Origin: Gemmatimonadota bacterium
GTDB lineage: Bacteria > Latescibacterota > UBA2968 > UBA8231
Length of the DNA stretch: 64,000 bases
Assembly (NCBI GenBank): GCA_038128265.1
Contig: JAYPJE010000003.1
Coordinates: 56,704 to 120,703 of the forward strand
Reading direction: 5' to 3'
Shown here: positions 39,168 to 48,139 of the stretch, in pieces
How positions within the stretch are numbered: position 1 is the stretch's first letter
Layout: each line of letters starts with the position of its first letter
Program-made: the position numbers and the translations under genes
The notes under the pieces: model-generated
Told to the model about the DNA's origin: nothing
Database searches by the model: none
What the model saw: the letters and a program-made list of their open reading frames with translations, nothing else

Positions 39168-39200
39168 AAAAAAAAACCGGCCCGCCCGTGGGCGAACCGG
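39168..39200 (-). terminator. Rho-independent terminator after the M23 peptidase gene
   Basis: The minus strand reads CCGGUUCGCC-CACG-GGCGGGCCGG, a 10-bp stem with two G-U pairs, followed by U9. Confidence 0.8.
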
Positions 39201-39221
39201 CTACAGCGTTACGCGCACTTG

Positions 39222-40259
39222 CTACTCTTCTTCCCATCCCGCAACCTGGGCCACTTTTGCGTCGGCATCGCGCAGCACGTGATCGAGTAAAAAATCCTTG
39301 GGATCGACATACCCTTTAACCCCACCACGCTGGCGGTCGATATAGCGCACGGAGTAGTGCAGGTGCGGCCCCGTAGAGCGCCCTGTGTTGCCCATCAAAC
39401 CAATCTGCTGATTCCGCCGAACGCGTTCACCGACTTTAACAAATCGCTTCTGTAAATGCCCATATTCGGTGCGAAACTTTCCCTGGCGAATATAGGACTC
39501 GCCGCTCTCATTGACCTCTTGCGCACTGTGCTCAACGACTACGACATTACCCAGGCGCCGGTCCATATAGGCGTGCGTAACGATTCCATCGCCCGTTGCA
39601 TAGATCGGCGTGCCCTCGCGACCGGCAAAGTCGATGCCGAGATGGCGCGCCTTACGACCGGTAAAAGGATCGATGCGGTCGCCAAAGCCAGACGATATCC
39701 ACGCGCGGTTCTTAGCCACGGGCCAGATGGTCGGAAAGTGGCGCAAATCGCCCTCGCTTTCGAGAAATTTGCTCTCGATTTGCGCGAAGCTTTCCTCCTG
39801 AAAACGGGCCATTTGCTTGAGGCGCATAATGCGGGCGGAAATCTCGCGCACTGCGTTTTTCTTGTCATCGGGAAGCGCCGCGATGTCTTCTTCCGGCAGA
39901 TCTTCGGAACCCCCGACGCCGCCGAGGCGTATATCGGCGGAGAGCGGTTCCATCATGTGGTAGTCGCGCAGGCGATCGTCATCGGCTACGAGCTGCGACA
40001 TAACCCCTTCAAGATCGTCCACTTCGCGCTGGGCAAGCTCGACGCTGCGCAGCAAATCGCGATTTTCTGCGCGCAGAGCAGCCAGAGACGCTTCTTGATC
40101 GGTCTTTTGAAAGTAGCCAGTGGAAAAGTAGGTAAAGAGCGCAGCAAAGCAGAGCGCAAAGCAGGAAGCCGCATAGAGCCACTGTCTGGCAAAGCGAAAC
40201 TCGCGGACCTGCCCGTCGTTGCCAGGAATGTATATAAACGTGAGGCGCTTTTGCGGCAT
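39222..40259 (-). CDS. M23-family metallopeptidase with N-terminal membrane anchor and coiled coil
   Basis: 345 aa. Motifs HLGIDFAGREGTPIYATGDG and GNTGRSTGPHLHY. Confidence 0.9.
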   Translation of the reverse strand: MPQKRLTFIYIPGNDGQVREFRFARQWLYAASCFALCFAALFTYFSTGYFQKTDQEASLAALRAENRDLLRSVELAQREVDDLEGVMSQLVADDDRLRDYHMMEPLSADIRLGGVGGSEDLPEEDIAALPDDKKNAVREISARIMRLKQMARFQEESFAQIESKFLESEGDLRHFPTIWPVAKNRAWISSGFGDRIDPFTGRKARHLGIDFAGREGTPIYATGDGIVTHAYMDRRLGNVVVVEHSAQEVNESGESYIRQGKFRTEYGHLQKRFVKVGERVRRNQQIGLMGNTGRSTGPHLHYSVRYIDRQRGGVKGYVDPKDFLLDHVLRDADAKVAQVAGWEEE

Positions 40260-40428
40260 GCGACCCTTTTGCTCTCCGTTGGATTCACCACGGGCCAGAA
40301 CGGCCGCGCGCCGTGGCGCACAAACCGGCCTGTTTTTTGTATATCTATCGGCGTTGCCTTAACTTAAGAATAGGTCAATCTACGGCACCAATAGGCGAAA
40401 GTCAACCAACCCCGACCGCAGGAAAACT

Positions 40429-41196
40429 ATGTTCCTCGCCATAGATATCGGCAATACCAACGTCGACCTAGGCCTTTTTTCAGAGGGGGCACTGATCGCG
40501 CACGGCAAGGTGCCAACCTATCCCCCGGCCGGCGCGTCCGGTCATTCGGCACAGCTGCAGCACTTTGTCGAAGAGCATGCCTCGTTGCCCGCCGTGCAGT
40601 ATGCCCTAATCGCCTCCGTCGTCAGGGATATGGGCTCGCTCTTTGTTGAGCACTGCCAGCAACAGCACATAGCCGCCCAGCAGGTCGATAGCAGCTGGGA
40701 TCTGGGCCTGCACATCGACTACGACGACCCCGAGCGCGTTGGTATCGACCGACTGCTAGCCGCGGCAGCGGCCTTTGCAGCGGCCCAAACGGCCGTCGTC
40801 GTAGCCGATGCAGGTACCGCCCTTACCGTCGACGCCATCGATGCCGATGGCACATTTCTCGGCGGCGCCATCGCGCCCGGATTGCATATGATGCTTGGAG
40901 CCCTGCGCGCCGGAACCAGTCTGCTACCGTCCATCGAACTGACCCAACACGCCGTGCTGCCGGGCAAAAATACGCCGGACGGCATGCGCGCGGGCGTGCT
41001 CTACGGCGCGGCCGCACTGGTTGATGGTCTGTGTCAACGCCTGGTCGAAACGCTGCCGGCAAATGCTCACAGCGTGCTGACGGGCGGCGATGCGAATAGG
41101 CTCTTTCCGCTCACCCATCGCATCGAGCGCTGCGAAAGCGCTCTGGTGCTCCGCGGCCTGCTCTTAGCGTTCGAGCGACGCAAGTTGACGCTATAA
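40429..41196 (+). CDS. coaX: Type III pantothenate kinase
   Basis: 255 aa. Motifs MFLAIDIGNTN and ...GIDRLL.... Confidence 0.9.
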   Translation: MFLAIDIGNTNVDLGLFSEGALIAHGKVPTYPPAGASGHSAQLQHFVEEHASLPAVQYALIASVVRDMGSLFVEHCQQQHIAAQQVDSSWDLGLHIDYDDPERVGIDRLLAAAAAFAAAQTAVVVADAGTALTVDAIDADGTFLGGAIAPGLHMMLGALRAGTSLLPSIELTQHAVLPGKNTPDGMRAGVLYGAAALVDGLCQRLVETLPANAHSVLTGGDANRLFPLTHRIERCESALVLRGLLLAFERRKLTL

Positions 41197-41251
41197 CATA
41201 CACGCAGTATTATCAGCTAGTTAACGGAGAGTATATCGACTCGCCGGTGCA

Positions 41252-43150
41252 ATGCAAAGGAGTCCCACATTGAGCGCCTTCACCCGCTTTTCCACGATGT
41301 TTTTTGCCTGCGCTGCCATCGCCTACCCCGTCCATGCAGCGCCGTCCATTGACCAAGAGTACAAAGATGTCCTCTGGCCCGTCGCCCAGCGCATCCACGA
41401 ATACTATTTTGAAGAGATTTCGCCGGACACGCTAATGCAGGCCGCTGCGCGCGGGCTCTTTGCCGCCCTGGACCCTGCTTCCGACTACGAAATCGACACG
41501 GACGCCATGGACGCGTCTGCACACCCGCGCAAGCTATTGGCCAACCGCTTCACCACCCTAATGCAGGTGGCCAGAAGCCTCGACCAGCAGGCTTTTTACC
41601 ACACGCCTGCCGACACGCTCGTGCGCTTTGGCATCGCTGGCATGATGCAAATACTCGACCCCTACTCCGTCTTCTTGGAAAAGCGCAACCTCGACAACTT
41701 TAACATCCAGACGCAGGGCAAGTACGGCGGCCTGGGCTTTCGCATTCAGGTCGTGCGCCCGGACAGCGCCATTGCCGTGTGGAGCCTTCTACACGAAGAC
41801 ACGCCAGCCGCACGCGCCGGCATCAAGTCGGGCGACCTCATCCTAGCCATCGACGGCGAGAGCACCAAGGAGATGTCGGCCGGTGACGCAGCGGATAAAA
41901 TGCGCGGCGAGCCCAACACGCCCGTCACGCTGACGCTGCGGCGCGCCGGCGTAGACGACCCCTTTGATCTATCCATCATACGCGAAGAAGTTACCATGGG
42001 CAGCATCGCCGTCGATGCGCTCTTTCCCGACTCGACGGGCTACGTAAAGCTCGACCGCTTTCAGCGCAACTGCAGCGTCGAACTGCGCGACGCGCTGCTC
42101 TCGCTGCGCGAACAGGGCATGAAGCGCATCATTTTCGACCTGCGCGGTAACGGCGGGGGCTATCTCGACGAAGCCGTTGAAATTGTCGACCTCTTTCTCC
42201 CAGAAGAACGCCTCGTCGTCTTTACCGCTGGTCGCGCCTTCCGCGACACGACAAAGTACCTCACGTCCCAGCCGGCGCTCTTTGCCGACGAACCGCTCAT
42301 CGTGTTGGTCAACGGCCAGTCGGCCTCGGCCTCCGAGATTGTAGCCGGCGCGATTCAAGATTGGGACCGCGGACTGGTGCTCGGCTCGACGACGGTCGGC
42401 AAGGGCTCGGTACAGCAGGTCGTGCAAATTGACGAGCACTCCGAGCTCAAGCTGACCATGGCCGCCTGGCACACGCCTTCGGGCCGCTCCATAGACAAGC
42501 GCATGCGCAAGGACTCGACGCTGGTCAGCGATCCGGCCACGGCTTTTCACACCAAGATATTGGAGCGCATCGTGCGCGGCGGCGGCGCCATAACGCCCGA
42601 TGTGAGCGGATCCACGCGCAAGGGCAACCGCCTCTGGTGGCAGCTCAACGGCTTTTCCAGCCTCAACAATCAATTTTTCTACTACGCGCGCCAGTACCGC
42701 GTGACCCACCCCGAGCTCACGCCCGAGTTTCGCGCCGACGACGCTACCTTTGCCGAGTTTCGCGCCTTCGCTCAGCAGCGCGACTTCGAGTACGTCAGCG
42801 AGGCCGAAGCACACGTCAACGAACTCGAAGAAATGGCGCAGGGCGATGACTTTGAGGAGTTGGAAGATCCCATCGCCAACCTGATCGACAAAATCGACCG
42901 CGTCGAGGAAAAGCACTGGGAGGAAAACAGGGAGCTCATTCTCTGGCGGCTGACCTACGCCATTCTGGAAAAAGCCTACGGCGTGCGTCAGGCCGAGGAC
43001 TACAACGCCACCGTAGATCCGCAGGTCCTCGAAGCGCGGCAGATCTTGGCAACGCCCGACGACTACGAGCACTGGTTTCAAGTCGAAGAGATTGGCATCG
43101 GCAACGACGAGCCCGTCGCGCAGGATGCCGAAGCACAGGACATCCAATAG
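41252..43150 (+). CDS. S41-family C-terminal processing peptidase with PDZ domain and long C-terminal extension
   Basis: 632 aa. Signal peptide ...AIAYPVHA, PDZ (GIKSGDLILAIDG), RGNGGGYL, and GQSASASEI (catalytic Ser). Confidence 0.88.
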   Translation: MQRSPTLSAFTRFSTMFFACAAIAYPVHAAPSIDQEYKDVLWPVAQRIHEYYFEEISPDTLMQAAARGLFAALDPASDYEIDTDAMDASAHPRKLLANRFTTLMQVARSLDQQAFYHTPADTLVRFGIAGMMQILDPYSVFLEKRNLDNFNIQTQGKYGGLGFRIQVVRPDSAIAVWSLLHEDTPAARAGIKSGDLILAIDGESTKEMSAGDAADKMRGEPNTPVTLTLRRAGVDDPFDLSIIREEVTMGSIAVDALFPDSTGYVKLDRFQRNCSVELRDALLSLREQGMKRIIFDLRGNGGGYLDEAVEIVDLFLPEERLVVFTAGRAFRDTTKYLTSQPALFADEPLIVLVNGQSASASEIVAGAIQDWDRGLVLGSTTVGKGSVQQVVQIDEHSELKLTMAAWHTPSGRSIDKRMRKDSTLVSDPATAFHTKILERIVRGGGAITPDVSGSTRKGNRLWWQLNGFSSLNNQFFYYARQYRVTHPELTPEFRADDATFAEFRAFAQQRDFEYVSEAEAHVNELEEMAQGDDFEELEDPIANLIDKIDRVEEKHWEENRELILWRLTYAILEKAYGVRQAEDYNATVDPQVLEARQILATPDDYEHWFQVEEIGIGNDEPVAQDAEAQDIQ

Positions 43151-43156
43151 CCAGCC

Positions 43157-44386
43157 GTGTCGCTCCTCCAGCGGCCCGCGCTGTGGTTGGGCATCGGCCT
43201 CGCTCTACACATCGCTTTCCTCTTCGCGCTCTTTGGCGACTGGCTGCGCCCCTTCTTTAACGATGCCTCGCACACGCGGCGGGGCTTCGACTTCGGCGTA
43301 TTTTACCTGGCCGGCCAGGCTCTTGCCCAACACCGCGACATCTACGCCGTAGAAGGCGCTTTCGGCTACCGCTATCTGCCGGTCTTTGCGCAGACCTTTG
43401 GCCGTCTCTATGCGCTCGTGGCCCCTCTGCCGGCTTATGTGCTGCACCTGTGTATAGGCGAACTGCTGCTGGCGGCCAATGTCTGGCTGACCTGGCGTCT
43501 GTGCAGCCAACCGCTGCTGCGCGCCCGGGCCGTCTGCATGTGGCTGTCCTTCTCGCCCTATTTTCTCGAAATGTACATCGGCCAAGTCAGCTTCTGGGCC
43601 GCCTCTGCCCTCTACTGGCTGATGGCGGCGCTGCGCGAAAACAGGCCCTATCGACAGGCGGCCATTTGGGCTACATCGATACTCATCAAGCCCAATATGC
43701 TCATCCTATTGCCCGCCCTGCTGCGAATGCGCTATCTGCGCCCGACCGGCCTCGCCCTCGCCGCGGCTGGCCTGGCTTCACTGCCCTATTTTCTCAGCTA
43801 CCCCAACGCTCTGACGAGCTTTGTACAGACCAATCTGCAGGCCGGACACTTTAAAGGTGCCCTAACGCACGCCGGCAACGTCGGCCTGTGGGGCAGCCTG
43901 GTGCGCATGGGGGCCCATTTCAGCAATGCCCCGCTAAGTGAGCTGACCACCCTTGCCGACCTGCCGCTGTGGGCGGCGCTGCCAGCCTATGCGATGCCCG
44001 CACTCGGCTCGCTCGCCGCACTCTACGTTTCGTGGCGCAGCCGCTCCGACGATCCGGTATTACACCTAAGCCTTTGGATGTCCACTTATTTCTTGGTCTA
44101 TAAGGACGTGTGGGAACACCACTACGTATTTCTTCTGCCCGTCATAATAGCGCTCTATATGAACCGATCAGACGCGCGCCTCCTAGGCCTCTACGTCGCA
44201 CTCGCCCTGCCAACCCCCTTTATTCTCTTTGATGTACAGCCGGGCGTTTACGGGCCTATCGACCCCGAGCGCTCATGGGATATGGCAACTTCTCTCATCT
44301 ACCGCAGCGCCAAACTCGTTCCGACACTCCTGCTGTGGGTCTACGTCGCCCAGCAGCTGCGCAGCACGGAGATTAAAAACGATTAA
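43157..44386 (+). CDS. GT87/DUF2029-family integral-membrane glycosyltransferase
   Basis: 409 aa, polytopic. N-terminal RRGFDFGVFYLAGQALAQHRDIY is typical of DUF2029. Confidence 0.7.
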   Translation: MSLLQRPALWLGIGLALHIAFLFALFGDWLRPFFNDASHTRRGFDFGVFYLAGQALAQHRDIYAVEGAFGYRYLPVFAQTFGRLYALVAPLPAYVLHLCIGELLLAANVWLTWRLCSQPLLRARAVCMWLSFSPYFLEMYIGQVSFWAASALYWLMAALRENRPYRQAAIWATSILIKPNMLILLPALLRMRYLRPTGLALAAAGLASLPYFLSYPNALTSFVQTNLQAGHFKGALTHAGNVGLWGSLVRMGAHFSNAPLSELTTLADLPLWAALPAYAMPALGSLAALYVSWRSRSDDPVLHLSLWMSTYFLVYKDVWEHHYVFLLPVIIALYMNRSDARLLGLYVALALPTPFILFDVQPGVYGPIDPERSWDMATSLIYRSAKLVPTLLLWVYVAQQLRSTEIKND

Positions 44387-44457
44387 GATTTTGTTTTTAT
44401 TTGTTTTATATACTAAACAGGCTCCTCCCACTCGCCGATAAAATAAACATATACACC

Positions 44458-44486
44458 TTGATATTACGGCCTATGTCGTTTATTAT
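44458..44486 (+). promoter_or_regulatory. Candidate sigma70-type promoter for lipA (TTGATA-N17-TATTAT)
   Basis: Hexamers at 44458-44463 and 44481-44486 in an AT-rich 165-nt intergenic region. Pattern only. Confidence 0.4.
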
Positions 44487-44551
44487 ACTCTTCTTATGCC
44501 CGCACTCATGGCCGCGGGCACTCATTGAATACCGTTGCACGACAAGACTAC

Positions 44552-45481
44552 ATGGCAAACGCACTCCAGGGCCGTCGCCGCCTGCCCCCCTGGCTGAAGG
44601 CCAAGGCACCAGGCACACCCAACTATATAGACATTAAGAACTTGGTAGCGGAGAAGCGCCTGCACACCGTATGTGAAAGCGCTCACTGTCCCAACATCGG
44701 CGAGTGCTGGGGCCAGCGCACGGCCACCTTTATGATTCTCGGCGACGTTTGCACGCGCAGCTGCGGCTTTTGCGCCATTAAAACGGGCCGACCGGAATGG
44801 CTCGACGAGGGCGAACCCGAACGCGTCGCCGAAGCCGTGGCGCACCTCGACCTGCGCCACGCCGTCATCACCTCCGTCAATCGCGATGAATTGCCCGACG
44901 GCGGTGCACGCGTTTTTGCCCGCACGCTCGAAGCGCTGCATAGCCGCTGTCCGCAGACTACGGTAGAAGTTCTGATACCCGATTTTCAGGGGAATTGGGA
45001 CGCGTTAGAAACCGTTCTGAGCGCCGGTCCGGACATCCTTAACCACAATATAGAAACGGTGCCTCGGCTCTACTTTAAGATGCGGCCACAGGCCAAATAC
45101 GCGCGCTCGCTGGAACTACTCAGCCGGGCGCGCACGGCTGGACCGGCCCCGACCAAATCGGGCATGATGCTGGGAGCCGGGGAGCGCGAAGACGAAATAG
45201 CCCAAACCATCGACGATTTGGCCGCCGTCGGCTGCGCCATTTTGACGCTCGGTCAGTATCTGAGCCCGTCCGCACAGCACGTGCCCGTCGAGCGCTACGT
45301 CGAGCCCGACGAATTTGACCACTGGTACCATTACGCCATGCAGCGCGCATTCCGCCACGTGGAATCCGGGCCGCTCGTGCGCTCGTCTTACCACGCCGAA
45401 GCACAGGTAGATGAAGCGACGCGGCGCACCGAGACACGCGATCTGCTATCTGTAGCCCCCTTACCCATCGAGAAAGAGTAA
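44552..45481 (+). CDS. lipA: Lipoyl synthase
   Basis: Cysteine clusters CPNIGECW and CTRSCGFC (radical SAM). I prefer the ATG at 44552 over the TTG at 44525 from the ORF track. Confidence 0.93.
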   Translation: MANALQGRRRLPPWLKAKAPGTPNYIDIKNLVAEKRLHTVCESAHCPNIGECWGQRTATFMILGDVCTRSCGFCAIKTGRPEWLDEGEPERVAEAVAHLDLRHAVITSVNRDELPDGGARVFARTLEALHSRCPQTTVEVLIPDFQGNWDALETVLSAGPDILNHNIETVPRLYFKMRPQAKYARSLELLSRARTAGPAPTKSGMMLGAGEREDEIAQTIDDLAAVGCAILTLGQYLSPSAQHVPVERYVEPDEFDHWYHYAMQRAFRHVESGPLVRSSYHAEAQVDEATRRTETRDLLSVAPLPIEKE

Positions 45482-45489
45482 AGGCGCGA

Positions 45490-46494
45490 ATGAATCTGGA
45501 AAAGAAATCCCTGTCCGGCTACCTGCAACGCAAAAAGCTCATTACGCGCGGCACGCCTATCCGCGTGCAGACGTTGGGCGACGGCATGAAGAATCGCGTC
45601 TATTACGTCGCCGCTCCAAAGGAAGCCTGGATCGTCAAGCAGGCCCATTCACGCGTGCAGATAAAGGAGCGCTGGTGGCTCGACCGCAAGCGCATTTTTG
45701 CCGAGGATAGCTGCATTGATATTCTTCGCCAGTTTATGCCGCCGGAAATCATTCCGCAAACCGTCTTAGTCGATCGCACGGACTTCGTGTTGGTGACCAC
45801 TCCGCCGCCCGACAACGCCGTGCTGTGGGAAGACGACCTGGCCAGCGGTCGGATTGATCTGCAGATTGCCGTCCAGTGCGGCGAACTGCTGGCCACGGTG
45901 CACAACGAAACGGCTGAACACCCCGAGCTCAAGGCGATGTTCAAAGACACCAAGGCCTTCGAACAGCTGCGCATAGAGCCTCACTACGAATACGTCACCA
46001 ACACCTTTCCCGACCTTAAGAAGGTGATTGATGCGCAGACCAAGCGCCTCAAAAAGGAAACGTACTGCCTCATACTGGGCGATCTGCGACCGCGCAACGT
46101 GTGGGTCAACTCCGGCCAGCTCTACCTAGTCGACTTCGCCACCGCACACTTTGGCCACCCCGGCTTCGACCTGGCGTTCTACGCGGCCGATATGTGCGTC
46201 AAAGCCATGCAGAACAGCCTGCAGAAAGCCGCTTACTTAGAAGCAATCAACGTGTTCTGGAACGGCTATTTCAAATTGGCTTCTTACAAGGGCGTGAAGG
46301 AAATCGAAAAGCCCGCCGTACGCGACCTGGGCTGCATGCTGCTGGCAGCGACTGACGGCCGCCAGGCGGTCGAATTCGACGATCCCCACGTCGCCGGCCT
46401 TGCGCGCCGCATTGCCATGAGCCTGCTGTTCACCGAGTTGGCCACGATCGAGGACATCACCGAGTTTATCAACCGAACGCTAATCGACGGGTAG
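45490..46494 (+). CDS. APH-fold phosphotransferase, methylthioribose-kinase-like
   Basis: 334 aa. Motifs LGDGMKNRVYYV...VKQA, the catalytic-loop equivalent LILGDLRPRNVWV, and LVDFATAHFG. Confidence 0.65.
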   Translation: MNLEKKSLSGYLQRKKLITRGTPIRVQTLGDGMKNRVYYVAAPKEAWIVKQAHSRVQIKERWWLDRKRIFAEDSCIDILRQFMPPEIIPQTVLVDRTDFVLVTTPPPDNAVLWEDDLASGRIDLQIAVQCGELLATVHNETAEHPELKAMFKDTKAFEQLRIEPHYEYVTNTFPDLKKVIDAQTKRLKKETYCLILGDLRPRNVWVNSGQLYLVDFATAHFGHPGFDLAFYAADMCVKAMQNSLQKAAYLEAINVFWNGYFKLASYKGVKEIEKPAVRDLGCMLLAATDGRQAVEFDDPHVAGLARRIAMSLLFTELATIEDITEFINRTLIDG

Positions 46495-46514
46495 GTTCGC
46501 AGGCGGCATTTAAC

Positions 46515-46566
46515 AAAAAAAGGGGCGCACCGACCGCATCACGAGCGGTCCGGTGCGCCCCTTTTT
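46515..46566. terminator. Bidirectional intrinsic terminator
   Basis: A7-GGGGCGCACCGACCGC-ATCACGA-GCGGTCCGGTGCGCCCC-T5. The 16-bp stem has one bulge and lies between the convergent kinase and GntR genes. Confidence 0.85.
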
Positions 46567-46592
46567 CCGTTGTTAGCGTGCGTTCAGACGCG

Positions 46593-47348
46593 CTATGCGC
46601 CGGCAGCGGTAAACTGCGCGCGCAGATCCTCACTGCTCGACAGCACGTGCTCTACCATTGCGGTACGCGCCGCCTGCGCATCGCCGGCGCGCAGTGCACG
46701 AACGATATCCTCATGCTGCTGCAGCGACAGCCGCGCGCGATCGAGCGCGCGGTCCTCCTCCGCCAGCGAACGCTCAATCCACGCCTGCAAATAGCCGCGC
46801 GTCGCTTCGAGCAAGCTGGCCAGCAGCGCATTTTGCGTGGCCCCTGCTACCGCCAGATGAAAGCGCACGTCCGCGGCCAAAAACTGCGCTCCATCCTCCA
46901 GGGCTTCGGCCATATCCGACAGAGCCTCCTCTATCCGGCGCATATCCTCTTCTGCGGCCCGCTGTGCCGCCCAAAATGCCGTCTCCGACTCCAACATCAG
47001 GCGCGTCTCAATCAGATCGCCGACCATCTTGCGGTTAAGCAGCATACCCCACTGCAGCGCCTTTTGCACGAACTGCTGGTTGTCGCTGACAAAAGTCCCC
47101 TCGCCGACGCGGCCATCGATCACGCCCATGGCGCTCAGCGAGCGCAGCGCCTCGCGCAGCGACGAACGCCCCACGCCAAATCGCTTACACAATTCGCGTT
47201 CAGGCGGCAGGCGATCGCCCGGGCGCAGCACGTCGCGCTTGATCAGATCGACGATCTGCGCCATAATCTCTTCGCCCAGCGACGTGCGCGCTATCGGGCG
47301 GACATTAGCGGCCACTGAATTGGAAGAATCGGCGTTATTCAAATTCAC
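46593..47348 (-). CDS. GntR-family transcriptional regulator (FadR subfamily, FCD ligand domain)
   Basis: 251 aa. wHTH RLPPERELCKRFGVGRSSLREALRSLSAMGVIDGRVGEGTFV plus an all-helical C-terminal domain. Confidence 0.9.
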   Translation of the reverse strand: MNLNNADSSNSVAANVRPIARTSLGEEIMAQIVDLIKRDVLRPGDRLPPERELCKRFGVGRSSLREALRSLSAMGVIDGRVGEGTFVSDNQQFVQKALQWGMLLNRKMVGDLIETRLMLESETAFWAAQRAAEEDMRRIEEALSDMAEALEDGAQFLAADVRFHLAVAGATQNALLASLLEATRGYLQAWIERSLAEEDRALDRARLSLQQHEDIVRALRAGDAQAARTAMVEHVLSSSEDLRAQFTAAGA

Positions 47349-47418
47349 TGTACATTTCGCAAATTATTAATAATAAAATACTTGTGTGAAGTTTTTTCCG
47401 AGCAAGTATTCGTTCCAT

Positions 47419-47447
47419 TTGCAATTGGTCTGACCATCAGCTATTTT
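47419..47447 (+). promoter_or_regulatory. Candidate promoter of the corrinoid operon (TTGCAA-N17-TATTTT)
   Basis: Hexamers at 47419-47424 and 47442-47447. The spacer contains the palindrome listed next. Confidence 0.3.
47426..47436. promoter_or_regulatory. GntR/FadR-type operator palindrome TGGTCTGACCA
   Basis: Perfect palindrome TGGTC-T-GACCA matching the (T)GGT-N-ACC(A) core typical of FadR-subfamily operators. It sits between the divergent GntR gene and the operon. Confidence 0.5.
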
Positions 47448-47492
47448 GATCAAGTATAGCGCAATACGTCCTCTATCGTCAAGGGAAATGCC

Positions 47493-48131
47493 ATGGCTCT
47501 AACCCGCGATATCGGCACTCGCATCGAGCTGGTGCCCATGGATTTGCACTGCAGCAATATAACCGTTGCCCTCTACCGCCAGGATGGGGCCGAAGCACCG
47601 GCTTACCGCGTCCATACCTACAGCCAGCACCCCGATGCTCCCCAGCGCATCGAAGCGCTGCGCCAGGCGATGCAGATACTGGGCACCATGGAAGAGGCCA
47701 GCGAAGAGCTGCTGCGCTTCCCCTGTGGGCACGCCCATCAATTTGCCGTGCGCCGGCTCTTTTTGGATGCCTGCAAGCGCGATCCGTCGCTGACGCTACA
47801 GGCGCAGCCCCTGCGCATATTCGACAAGAAGGGCGACGGCCACATTGCCGTAGATAGCCTAGGCGACGGCCAGTACCGCGTGCGCGCAGAAGAAGATAGC
47901 GACGGCGTCGAGCGTCGCACGGCCACCATTGCACGCGGACTGATTCGCCTCGGCGAAATGGAAGAGACCGGCGACGACGCCAATTGCCTACACTTTGCCT
48001 GCGGCCATGCGCACGATGCCCTCATTGCCCAACTGCTGGTGCGCGCACCCAACGTGCGCGCGGCCATGCGCGAAGCCGAAGAGATGGCCCAGCGCGGTCA
48101 GCTCGTCGCCCCCAGCGCCCAGAATAATTAG
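47493..48131 (+). CDS. Hypothetical protein with an internal duplication and two CGHAH motifs
   Basis: 212 aa and the first gene of the operon. The halves align: YRV(38-40)...LGTMEE...RFPCGHAH(78-82) against YRV(128-130)...LGEMEE...HFACGHAH(170-174). No family recognised. Confidence 0.6.
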   Translation: MALTRDIGTRIELVPMDLHCSNITVALYRQDGAEAPAYRVHTYSQHPDAPQRIEALRQAMQILGTMEEASEELLRFPCGHAHQFAVRRLFLDACKRDPSLTLQAQPLRIFDKKGDGHIAVDSLGDGQYRVRAEEDSDGVERRTATIARGLIRLGEMEETGDDANCLHFACGHAHDALIAQLLVRAPNVRAAMREAEEMAQRGQLVAPSAQNN

Positions 48132-48139
48132 GAGATAGC

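Noticed and set aside
40260-40428. Possible structured RNA or terminator (GC-rich segment followed by TGTTTTTTG near 40330-40345) between the M23 peptidase and coaX genes.
   Set aside because: I could not fold a convincing stem directly preceding the T-run, and no upstream plus-strand gene needs a terminator there.
41969-43147. 392-aa ORF antisense to the S41 peptidase gene. The same applies to 39456-40367 (antisense to M23), 46578-47318 (antisense to GntR), 48993-49709 and 49124-49840 (antisense to the corrinoid protein), 4176-4814 (antisense to dnaK), and 37054-37749, 59489-60100, 28084-28632 and 10326-10883.
   Set aside because: These are typical long shadow ORFs of GC-rich DNA. The products are Arg/Ala/Gly/Pro-rich and low in complexity with no motifs. 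The opposite-strand or alternative-frame gene in each case has an unambiguous family signature.
47349-47492. Cobalamin riboswitch upstream of the corrinoid-protein operon, also considered for the TonB receptor leader at 60079-60300.
   Set aside because: No B12-box (GCCACTG-like core) or conserved GGGAA/GGTG elements occur at 47349-47492. That region is AT-rich with a GntR palindrome instead. The receptor leader proved to be a TPP aptamer, not a cobalamin one.
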